From positions 1,600,001-1,664,000 of the forward strand of contig OY729416.1 in the NCBI GenBank assembly GCA_963422265.1: a stretch of 64,000 nucleotides of DNA. Direction: 5' to 3'. The translations under genes and the position numbers were made by a program. Shown here piece after piece: positions 54,824 to 63,542 of the stretch (positions within the stretch are counted from its first letter, which is position 1; the number at the start of each line of letters is the position of its first letter). Under the pieces are notes generated by a model. It saw nothing but the letters and a program-made list of their open reading frames with translations. It ran no database searches and was not told the DNA's origin. Source of the stretch: Thermodesulfobacteriota bacterium (GTDB taxonomy: Bacteria > Desulfobacterota_D > UBA1144 > Nemesobacterales > UBA2774).

Positions 54824-55058
54824 ATGCCAAGGGAAGGAGACTTAACAATTTTGGAAGATGAAGGATCATTAGAAACAAGGGTAGGAATTATAGAAACGAG
54901 AATAGAGCATATAGCATATAGAGAAGGATATTGGGGAAATGAAACAGGATATTAAAGGAATATCCGACCTTAAAGTAGGACAAGCCAGGATGGAAACGAT
55001 TTTAGCAAGTCTGGACAATAGGCTTGGTTCATACTTAACAAGGGGTGAGATGTCCTGA
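54824..55058 (+). pseudogene. Small coiled-coil protein broken by a 7-bp duplication (GCATATA)
   Basis: Removing one GCATATA copy gives a 75-aa ORF, MPREGD...RIEHIEKDIGEMKQDIKG...GEMS. Confidence 0.55.
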
Positions 55059-55076
55059 CCAAACAAACAATAATTG

Positions 55077-55664
55077 TCAAGGTGTGTAGCTACCACTCAG
55101 ATTTTTAACCTTTTCCACCTCCTCAGGGCTATCCAAGATTTCCCCCCTACCCATTCCATAGAGGAAATTAGCGTTGTCTCGCGGAGCTTCGCTTTTTACG
55201 TTAGGATCAAAGAACACTTCCTTTGTATGAATGAGTCCCGCCCTGTTGTATGAGGCAAGCTCGTATTTCATTCCCATCCTAAGGGCATCACAGGGGCAGG
55301 CTTCAACGCAGAATCCGCAAAATACGCACCTCATAAAATCTATATTATACACCTTAGGCCTTCTTTCTATGCCATAATCATCGGCAGGCTCTGAAACTAT
55401 TGATATCGCCTGAGTAGGGCATGCAACCTCGCAGAGTTTGCACGCAACACACCTTATCTCTCCCTCGTCATCTGCAGGCATCACGTGGAGACCTCTGTAT
55501 CTTGGGGGAAGCTCCTTTACCTCTTCGGGGTATTGGATGGTAATGGTCTTAAACCGAAGCAGGTGTTTTAAGGTAATAATAAGTCCACCTACTATCTGAG
55601 GCAGGTAAAGTTTTTCATACCATTTCAGCTCAGGCTGCTTCAAGATTTTTATCTTTATAGCCAT
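55077..55664 (-). CDS. nuoI: NADH-quinone oxidoreductase subunit I (2x[4Fe-4S]), stand-alone
   Basis: TIQYPE..RYRGLH, CVACKLCEVACP and CVFCGFCVEACP motifs. Confidence 0.9.
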   Translation of the reverse strand: MAIKIKILKQPELKWYEKLYLPQIVGGLIITLKHLLRFKTITIQYPEEVKELPPRYRGLHVMPADDEGEIRCVACKLCEVACPTQAISIVSEPADDYGIERRPKVYNIDFMRCVFCGFCVEACPCDALRMGMKYELASYNRAGLIHTKEVFFDPNVKSEAPRDNANFLYGMGRGEILDSPEEVEKVKNLSGSYTP

Positions 55665-55761
55665 CAGAATTACCTCTTTTATTTCCCGTTTTCCTCTGCA
55701 TCCCTGCTCAAACCATTCCCGCTTAATACATACAGGGACGTGCTGCTTTTGATTGGGGAAC

Positions 55762-55840
55762 TAGGAGTCCAGAAAGGGCATCGGGGAATGAGACACGTTC
55801 CTCACATGATCCCCCTTTAGAAGAGAGGATGCAGCGGGAT
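55762..55840 (+). repeat. Degenerate fragment of the composite repeat
   Basis: ggcatcggggaatgaga...ttcctcacat..tccccctttagaa. Confidence 0.6.
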
Positions 55841-55931
55841 ACGACCCACTCCACGCAGCTCGCTAACCTAGCAATAAACCATATATCACAATCAGGAGAT
55901 TTTCAACCTCCATCGGGAGAGAGCAAGGTTT

Positions 55932-57704
55932 TCAAAGCAGGTCTTCCCTCATTCTCCTATAAGCGGAAATGCCTGAACCGATTGAAATCATTATGAAAAG
56001 TCCACCTAAGTAAAAATGTCCGAGCAAAAATTTCCCAACCCCTATCATGCCAAAGAAAATAAAGCTGACTCCAAACAACCAGTTAATGATGACTGGAGAG
56101 AAGTTTGCCTTTTCAATTTCTTGACACTTATCGCTAACGGGCTTCCACCAACCCCAGGGACGAACCCTTTTATAGAAGTTAGCCAAAGTGCTCAGGGGCT
56201 CTGGTGCCGTTGCGTAGGTGGCGACGATCCACGCAACGATTGAGATTGGTATTACCATAATCTGATGCTTTAGTTCAACAGATATGCCGTGATGTTTGGT
56301 ATATACAACTAGGACTAGAATCGTGAGTAGTGAAGAGGCAAGCGCTGTTATCTCAGACCATGCGTTTACCCGCCACCAGAACCACCTTAGAATGAGCACC
56401 AAGCCTATGCCCGCGCTCATTGCCCAGAGGAAAATCCAGGCTTTCCCAATGTCCTGAATTTGAAAGGCGCAATATCCGGCGACGGCCGTTAGAATCAAGG
56501 TGCAAACCCTTGAGATCAATATATAATGACTCTCCGTAGCGTCCCTTCTAATGAACCGTCTGTATATATCGTTTATTAGATAAGAGGTGCCCCAGTTCAA
56601 CTGTGTAGATATTGTTGACATAAACGCTGCGAGGAAGCTTACGAACAGTAGCCCTTTCAGACCCGGACCCAGGAAATCCCTTATAATCAATACGTAAACA
56701 GCCTCCTGATCGCCCCCTAGAATTTGCGCCCTTGGATAAATTATCAAAGATGCTAACGCTACAAGTATCCAGGGCCAAAGACGAAGTATATAATGGTTCA
56801 CGGCGAACCATGCGGTTCCCAATACGGCGTGACGCTCATCCTTTGCAGAGGATATTCTCTGAATAAAGTATCCTCCCCCGTCCGCATTATGAGACGACCA
56901 CCAAACTATGGTTACGTAAATGAGAAACGTGAAGAAACTGGACGACCAAAGCCCATCGCTGACGGGGTCACCCCCTGAGGGGGTCATAAAAAATGAATAA
57001 TGATCCTTGTCCATACTGCCGAGTTTTTGTAAAAACCCACTGAATCCTCCGATTTCAGGAGAACCTATTACAACCCAGGCTAAAGCCACCGTTCCGAAAA
57101 GCGCTATGAAATACTGGAGAAAATCAGTCAGGGCGACCCCCCAAAGTCCCGACGTCATGGTGTAGAAAAATGCTATGGATATACAAATCACAACGGCTAG
57201 AGTGGCTTCTACTCCAAAGAAAACCTTAAAAACCTTTGCCATCGCGCTAATTACCCAACCCATAACTATGAAGTTAAACAACGTAGCGAAGTAAAGAGCC
57301 TTAAAACCCCTAAGGAACGCCGCTGGTTTTCCGCTGTAGCGTATTTCAATAAGCTCGTTATCCGTAATCACACGCGCCCTTCTCCAGAGCCTTGCGAAGA
57401 CCAAAACAACAAGCGCGTGGCTGAATAGATAGTTCCACCAAAACCAGTTCTTCCATATCCCGTCCGTGCGTATCCAGCCTGTAACGGCTAAAGGCGTATC
57501 AGCGGCGAATGTGGTCGCTACCATAGATGTGCCTAGTATCCACCAGGGCATGTTTCTGTTAGATATAAAATAAGAGGAAGCACTCCTGCTTGCCCTGCGG
57601 GCGAAATATACGCCAACGCCGAGTGACAATAGCAGATAAGCTATTACTATTATCCAATCTATAGGGCTGAGTGCAGAAAGGGCATGATTGACCGAATCAG
57701 GCAT
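55932..57704 (-). CDS. Sodium:solute symporter family protein
   Basis: SMVATTFAADTP, TDFLQ, QRI and AAFMST motifs; many TM segments. Confidence 0.9.
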   Translation of the reverse strand: MPDSVNHALSALSPIDWIIVIAYLLLSLGVGVYFARRASRSASSYFISNRNMPWWILGTSMVATTFAADTPLAVTGWIRTDGIWKNWFWWNYLFSHALVVLVFARLWRRARVITDNELIEIRYSGKPAAFLRGFKALYFATLFNFIVMGWVISAMAKVFKVFFGVEATLAVVICISIAFFYTMTSGLWGVALTDFLQYFIALFGTVALAWVVIGSPEIGGFSGFLQKLGSMDKDHYSFFMTPSGGDPVSDGLWSSSFFTFLIYVTIVWWSSHNADGGGYFIQRISSAKDERHAVLGTAWFAVNHYILRLWPWILVALASLIIYPRAQILGGDQEAVYVLIIRDFLGPGLKGLLFVSFLAAFMSTISTQLNWGTSYLINDIYRRFIRRDATESHYILISRVCTLILTAVAGYCAFQIQDIGKAWIFLWAMSAGIGLVLILRWFWWRVNAWSEITALASSLLTILVLVVYTKHHGISVELKHQIMVIPISIVAWIVATYATAPEPLSTLANFYKRVRPWGWWKPVSDKCQEIEKANFSPVIINWLFGVSFIFFGMIGVGKFLLGHFYLGGLFIMISIGSGISAYRRMREDLL

Positions 57705-57912
57705 TGGATTTGTAATTTAACTGATTTCCCCTTTCTCTATTCTCTGAATTCATTATTCTACTTGACAGTTTTATGACGTTTATCTACATTATTTTACGAG
57801 TAGAGGGAGTGGCGAAGTGCAGCAGTTACATCACGATATACCTAAAGAATTTCTGCCTCACCAATCGCAAGAGCAGTCCGGTTCCCGATCGGAGTCTGTG
57901 GAGGAGATGACG

Positions 57913-58389
57913 ATGAGTGATAAAGCTATAGATGAATTAAAACAAATAGTGATTGATGGCTTTGAAGCGGCAAGGAGGGAGACGAAAGAGGACCTGCAGA
58001 GGCTAGAGGATAAGCTCGAAAGAAGGTTTGACAAGAAGTTTGAGAAGGTGGATGAGAGGTTTGATAGGATAGACGAGAGGTTTGATAGGATAGACGAGAG
58101 GTTTGAGAAAGTAGATGAGAGGTTTGAGAAAGTAGATGAGAAGTTTGAGAAGGTAAATGAGAAGTTTGAGAAGGTAAACGAGAAGTTTGAGAAGGTAAAC
58201 GAGAAGTTTGAGAGAGTGGATGAGAGGTTTGATAGGTTAGAGGATAAGTTTGAATCGAGATTTGACGGTGTTGAGAATAGGCTGAGCGTGATTGAAGCGC
58301 AATTATCAATGGGGAAATGGGTGCTAGGCGTGCTTCTAGGTCAGCTAGCGGTATTACTTTCTATAGCTCTAAAGATGTTTTTTAACTGA
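57913..58389 (+). CDS. Heptad-repeat coiled-coil protein with C-terminal TM anchor (CCDC90/DUF1640-like architecture)
   Basis: GGAGGAG RBS; ten F[ED][KR][VIL][DNE][ED][RK] heptads; hydrophobic C-terminus. Confidence 0.75.
   Translation: MSDKAIDELKQIVIDGFEAARRETKEDLQRLEDKLERRFDKKFEKVDERFDRIDERFDRIDERFEKVDERFEKVDEKFEKVNEKFEKVNEKFEKVNEKFERVDERFDRLEDKFESRFDGVENRLSVIEAQLSMGKWVLGVLLGQLAVLLSIALKMFFN
58039..58248 (+). repeat. 10 x 21-bp coding tandem repeat
   Basis: tttgagaaggtagatgagagg-like units. Confidence 0.9.
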
Positions 58390-58910
58390 CCTCTTTCCTT
58401 TTTTGCTTTGATTTTCCTACTATAGGATCTATTATGAACAGTTTCACTAAACCAGCTAATGAAGTAATACCAATTAAGCTTCCAGCCAATGCCGAGCCGA
58501 ATATTCCAATTGCTCCCGCTGTTAGTAGGCCTAGCTATTGAAATTGACAACCCCATATATTGACCACGTTTTGCTGCATCGAAGTTTTTATCCATCATAT
58601 TTTCTTCTAGTTGCATTCTGTGCTCTTGTTGTTTTTCGAAGCTCTTGAGAATTCTTTCTGCGGCATTGGGTACGGCTTTATTATACGCTTCCAACATCCC
58701 TGGAGGGGGTAAAGGACCCGAATAAGCAGATGCTTTTACAACAGATACTTGATCTACAGGTAGTTTTTTTAGGACTTCGGATAAGACTTCTTTGGGTAGC
58801 TCCTTTAAGACTCCAGCGATCTGCCCTGGTTCTTGGAGAGGAAGTACTTCTTTTGGTCTTTCAATTTGTTCACTTTTTGTGCCGCTTTTGTCGTTTCTAT
58901 CTTCAACCAT
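58382..58910 (-). pseudogene. DUF2335-family membrane protein with frameshift near 58530
   Basis: YSGPLPPPGMLEAY..VPNAAERIL..EKQQEHR..E motif. The TM C-terminus LGLLTAGAIGIFGSALAGSLIG.. is in the +1 frame and ends at TAA 58382. Confidence 0.75.
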
Positions 58911-59027
58911 ATTTCAGATTCTATCGCTATCCTGGCGATCTATTTATATAGATAATTTATTTAGATTAGAGGAAGCCCCTGACTTCCTTAAGCTCTATTC
59001 TTAGTCCAATGATTTCTATGGAAGATA

Positions 59028-59243
59028 TTATACTGTTTCGTTTATATCAGAGAGCGCATTTCTTAGATCATCGCCTATCGCTTTCCAGTCTTGTCCCAAA
59101 GCCTCCTCGTCGCTAAGTTCAAGCAAATTATGGTTGAACTGGATTGCTGATTGTCCAGACAAGTCCCATACTGATTTAACAGAGGTTAAAACATCCGGAA
59201 TGAATGCGTCAAATACCCAAGCTGGCTTTCCCTTCTTAAACAC
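59028..59243 (-). CDS. Small protein of the type I recall upstream of DUF2335 genes
   Basis: SVWDLSG...SDEEALGQDWKAIGDDLRNAL; RBS GGGAGG. Confidence 0.65.
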   Translation of the reverse strand: MFKKGKPAWVFDAFIPDVLTSVKSVWDLSGQSAIQFNHNLLELSDEEALGQDWKAIGDDLRNALSDINETV

Positions 59244-59340
59244 TGTGCCCTCCCTTACCCTTAATTACAAAAGACAATAAAATGATTTACCCTTCTGTAT
59301 ATAGCTTTATAGCATTACCTTTAGGCTTACCAACCTATTG

Positions 59341-59979
59341 TTAATGATTCAAAGCCACCGGATTGTGAGGTTTTGCAATCAAAAGGCAATAGACTACCCG
59401 TCCTTTATCCCCTTGTTCTTCCATTATAGCGTCTCTTAACAGGATAGAAAAAATGGGGAACGCCTGAAGAAGCAGTAAGCCAGTTCTATACACCTCTTTT
59501 TTTATATTATCTTTAACGTCATCGTCAACTTCATTGTAAATGGACTCTCCCAGTTCCATAGCCTTTTCTTGTATGTCGTAACTATTGGAGATTGACTCAA
59601 ACATAGGGCGCAGCCTATACATCTGGTCCTTTATAATCTCTTCCGCCTTTACGTTATCTGAAATTGCCTTCCCCACCTTCGACAGTTTTATTGGACTTTC
59701 GGATATGGTGATTTCTTTTCCAAATCCAGCCTTAGACAGAAGCATATTTACGGCGCTTGCTAGACCAACAAGAGTTGAATCTATTGTATTTAATTTAGAG
59801 TCCATTCTCTTTACGTCAGACTTTAGAATCTGCACATCGGACTTTAGTGTCCCTATACCTTTATCGTGAGATTTTCGTTTCTCCATCCATCTACCTATCT
59901 GGACGCTGAATGTAATTATGGCTAGGCTGATTGCTAGAACAAAACCTCCAACTCCTACAATAGTTATTATATGATCCAT
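59341..59979 (-). CDS. N-terminal TM + coiled-coil hypothetical protein (paralog of 61758-62318)
   Basis: Shares SPI.L...G, LRPMF..I.NSYDIQEKAM.LG.SIY and IFSILLRD with the paralog. Confidence 0.75.
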   Translation of the reverse strand: MDHIITIVGVGGFVLAISLAIITFSVQIGRWMEKRKSHDKGIGTLKSDVQILKSDVKRMDSKLNTIDSTLVGLASAVNMLLSKAGFGKEITISESPIKLSKVGKAISDNVKAEEIIKDQMYRLRPMFESISNSYDIQEKAMELGESIYNEVDDDVKDNIKKEVYRTGLLLLQAFPIFSILLRDAIMEEQGDKGRVVYCLLIAKPHNPVALNH

Positions 59980-60050
59980 GCCCTTGTCCTGATAATTATC
60001 ATAACTTCCTTATAAATAATCATATAATATTCATCAGTCCTGTGTCAACT

Positions 60051-60420
60051 CACCAACCAGGGGGTCGGGGAACGATTACCATTCCCTAACACACTCCCCC
60101 TTTAAAAAAGGGGGGATTTGATGTGGCATCGGGGAATGAAAACACCTTCTCTAATATTCCCCTCAATACCTTTACTAGGTTCCTACTTGAGCAGGAGTGA
60201 CGGCTACCCCCCCCCCCTTCTATTATTGTGTAGGGGTAACCCTTGTGGTTACCCTTGCCACCACACCTTAAGGGGCGACCACAAGGGTCGCCCCTACAGA
60301 TAAAAGCAAATCCACCCTAACCCTCCTTTACGAAAGGAGGGGAATATCCTTTCTAACTTCAGAGCCTACTGAAGGGGGAAGTGCAAAAGGGGAATCTCAT
60401 CTTTTCCTCTTTAGAAAAGC
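60051..60420 (+). repeat. Composite REP-like repeat, locus 4 (one full unit)
   Basis: Contains an inverted GTAG-REP doublet at 60230-60254 and 60272-60297. Confidence 0.92.
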
Positions 60421-60457
60421 TGTATTTAACGGGGTGCAATGATGGCAATATTACTTG

Positions 60458-60791
60458 TTAGTCGCTATTTTTTGCGAAATAGAAGGAAATAACCAGAGTG
60501 ATTAAGGGGATAACGCCGATTTTCATTAACTCCCAAACTGCTTCAGTTGTAAGTGTATTTCTGCTCTCTCGGGTTGTTGAGCAGGGGCATTCGTTGCTTC
60601 CTATCAGCCTGTACTCTAAATACTGTAGAACATATTAGTGCCACAACGCAAAAAATACCAACTCCAACGAGGAATCGCTTCGCAAATTGAAACTTTTCAG
60701 ATGGACTAGGCTCGGTTGCTTTGACGCCTGGATTCTTGTGTGGTTTTAAGTTTAAAGGTTTACTGTTTGCATCGTTCGTTTCACTTGTCAT
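60458..60791 (-). pseudogene. Small two-TM membrane protein with frameshift near 60630
   Basis: The second TM, WELMKIGVIPLITLVISFYFAKNSD*, is in the +1 frame. Confidence 0.6.
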
Positions 60792-61002
60792 CCCAGATTC
60801 CTGCTATTTCCCTAAAATTCTTCTCGCACATCAAACCAAGAGTGCCTTTATCATCGTTTTTATACTCATCCGCCATGCTGAGCAGATCAAAGGCTTTGTT
60901 CAGTGTTTCCTTTATAGCCTCTTTATCGCTACACCTACCTTTGGTGAACCTCCTAGAAAAATCAATCATCTCATCGGATAAATCAACATTATATTTAGGC
61001 AT
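60781..61002 (-). CDS. Small ribbon-helix-helix-like protein
   Basis: N-terminal alternating strand KYNVDL followed by helices; RBS GGGGGTG; overlaps the start of the next gene. Confidence 0.5.
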   Translation of the reverse strand: MPKYNVDLSDEMIDFSRRFTKGRCSDKEAIKETLNKAFDLLSMADEYKNDDKGTLGLMCEKNFREIAGIWDDK

Positions 61003-61103
61003 GTTCTCACCCCCTATAATCCCATTTTAAACAATCATCAGTCTTCGTCAACTATCTTTTATCTGTCAACATTAGATAATCGTCGCGGAGGATTCCCGCG
61101 CAT

Positions 61104-61612
61104 ATCCCCCATTTCATCATTGTGTGTGGGTAACCCTAGTGGTACCCACACCACCACACCTTAAGGGGCGACCACAAGGGTCGCCCCTACAGATAAAAGA
61201 AAATCCACCCTCACCCTCCTTTACGAAAGGAGGGGAATATCCTTTCTAACCTCAGAGCCTACCGAAGGGGGAAGCGCAAAAGGGGAATCTCATCTTTCCC
61301 CCTCTCACCAACCAGAGGGTTGGGGAACGATTACCATTCCCTAACACACTCCCCCTTTAGAAAAGGGGGACTAAGGGGGATTTGATAGGGCATCGGGGAA
61401 TGCAAACACCTTCTCTAAATATTCCCCTCAATACCTTTACTAGGTTCCTACTTGAGTAGGAATGACGGCTACCCCCCATTCCATCATTGTGTGTGGGTAA
61501 CCCTAGTGGTACCCACACCACCACACCTTAAGGGACGACCACAAGGGTCGCCCCTACAGATAAAAGAAAATCCACCCTCACCCCAACCCTCTCCCAGAGG
61601 GCGAGGGGGAAA
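61104..61612 (+). repeat. Composite REP-like repeat, locus 5 (head-to-tail, 367-bp period)
   Basis: tgtgtgtgggtaaccctagtggtacccacacc at 61121 and 61488; ends in CCCTCACCCCAACCCTCTCCC..GGGCGAGGG. Confidence 0.92.
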
Positions 61613-61757
61613 AGATAGATTTCTCGGAAGTTCTTGACACACTATCAAGGGTTTTTTATCATTGGTAATACAGTTAGTTAAAGTCATGGTGGCGTGAAGA
61701 GGGAGGTTTTTTTGTTGGTATATATGAGCTTTCCATTTTATATAAAAGGAGGGAGAA

Positions 61758-62318
61758 ATGGAAGCATGGGGTATCGCAGGTGTGGTATTTGCTATTATAG
61801 TAACTATAGTCGGTTTTGCCTTTTGGATGGGGAGGTTTGCGGGGAAATGGGGTGAAAAAGAGAAGATGCTTGATGGGGTCCGTGACGATATAGATAAAAT
61901 AAAATCAGACATCTCTAGCATAGATATAGATATAGACAAAATAAAATTAGACATCTCTAGCATAAGAGATAAACTCACTATGCTTTTATCTAAAGATAAT
62001 GTGAGCATAACATCATGTGATAGTCCTATTAGACTAAATGCGCGAGGCCAGGAAATTGTAGAGAAAGTAAAAGCGGTAGAAGTAGTGAATGCCCAAATAG
62101 GTAGCTTGCGTCCTATGTTTACACAGATCACTAATAGTTATGACATTCAGGAGAAGGCAATGGGGTTGGGTCAGTCTATTTATGAACAACTCGATGATAA
62201 CTCTAAGGATATTGTAAAGAAAGTGGCTTTTGATAGTGGACTGCCTATTTCTGAGATGTTCACAATATTTTCGATTTTATTGAGGGACATCATAATTAAG
62301 GAAAAAGGGGACCACTAA
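61758..62318 (+). CDS. N-terminal TM + coiled-coil hypothetical protein (paralog of 59341-59979)
   Basis: RBS AGGAGG; TTGACA-17-TATCAT promoter near 61635; internal 14-aa duplication. Confidence 0.8.
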   Translation: MEAWGIAGVVFAIIVTIVGFAFWMGRFAGKWGEKEKMLDGVRDDIDKIKSDISSIDIDIDKIKLDISSIRDKLTMLLSKDNVSITSCDSPIRLNARGQEIVEKVKAVEVVNAQIGSLRPMFTQITNSYDIQEKAMGLGQSIYEQLDDNSKDIVKKVAFDSGLPISEMFTIFSILLRDIIIKEKGDH

Positions 62319-62330
62319 CAGCAAAGAGTT

Positions 62331-62368
62331 TCAAATCCCCCTGTATCCCCCTTTTCTAAAGGGGGAGT
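62331..62368 (-). repeat. Inverted single module of the composite repeat, possibly serving as terminator
   Basis: Reverse complement of the ...ctccccctttagaaaagggggatacagggggatttga module, 12 nt after a stop codon. Confidence 0.7.
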
Positions 62369-62456
62369 ATGTAAGGAAGAATCTCCTTCTTCCTCCATTT
62401 CCATTCCAGGTGTGAAAATCAGCGAGTCGCTATAATATGCGGTAAGTCAAGAGACG

Positions 62457-63342
62457 TCATCCCCCCTCCTTTTTTTTCATCTTTTTGTAGGGGTAACCCT
62501 TGTGGTTACCCTTATCCTTATCTTAGCAGTGCAACCCTATAGACAAGAAAATCCACCCTAACCCTCCTTTACAAAAGGAGGGGAATATCCTTTCTAACTT
62601 CAGAGCCTACTGAAGGGGGAAGCGCAAAAGGGGAATCTCGTCTTTCCCCCTCTCACTAGGTTGGTGACCCTGTCGAACCAGGGTGAGGGCACTTCCGTCA
62701 TTTCTGCCACCGCCTGTCCCCCGCGGTCTCTTGAGCGGAGAACTGGAAATCCAGAAGGGGAAACGGGGAACGATTACCATTCCCTAACACATTCCCCCTT
62801 TAGAAAAGGGGGACTAAGGGGGATTTGATGGGGGGATGGGGGATCGGGGAATGCAAACACCTTCTCTAATATTCCCCTCAATACCTTTACCATGTTCCTA
62901 CTTGAGCAGGAGTGACGGCTACCCCCCCCCCTTCCATCATTTTATAGGGGTAACTCTAGTGGTTACCCTTGCCACCACACCTTAAAGGCGACCATTCTTC
63001 AACAAGTTCAGGATATCGCTAGAGTGGTCGCCCCTACATATAAAAGCAAATCCACCCTAACCCTCCTTTACAAAAGGAGGGGAATATCCTTTCTAATCTC
63101 AGAGCCTACTGAAGGGCAAAGTGCAACCAGGAAAATCGGGAACGTTCCTACTTTGCGTACCCCCCCCCTTTTTTTCATCTTTTTGTTAACCCTTGTGGTT
63201 ACCCTTATCCTTTCTTAGCACAACCCTATAGACAAGGGAATCCACCCTGACCCTCCTTTACGAAAGGAGGGGAATATCCTTTCTAGCTCCTGACCTCACC
63301 TAATGGCAAAGCGCAACTAGGAAAATCGGGAACGTTTGCGTA
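62457..63342 (+). repeat. Composite REP-like repeat, locus 6 (three partial tandem units with nested inserts)
   Basis: Three copies of atccaccct.accctcctttac.aaaggaggggaatatcctttcta, near 62551, 63050 and 63240. Confidence 0.92.
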
Positions 63343-63542
63343 TTTCTTCACATTTTCTTGACCCTTGACATTGTTACGCGTGTTAGTTTGCCATACTTAA
63401 AGGAAGGGAGAGATTATAGGGATATTTATGACATCTTTGTAAAGGGTTTTAGGCTTGCGCGTAAAAAACTCTTGACAATGCTGTTTCTTTTGTATTAAAG
63501 TAAACTTATAACTCTCGAAAAATAAACAAAGGAGGTAAGGAG

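Noticed and set aside
57926-58309. SQTSRL-repeat ORF on the minus strand
   Set aside because: Antisense shadow of the 21-bp coding repeat.
47665-63218. ORFs inside repeat loci (47665, 47681, 52330, 60118, 61452, 63024)
   Set aside because: They are translations of the palindromic repeats (e.g. RGNPCGYP, PPFVKGD) with no RBS or independent coding signal.
60051-63342. CRISPR array or integron cassette array
   Set aside because: No constant 25-45 bp repeat with unique spacers and no cas genes. No intI and no convincing attC boxes; genes lie in both orientations.
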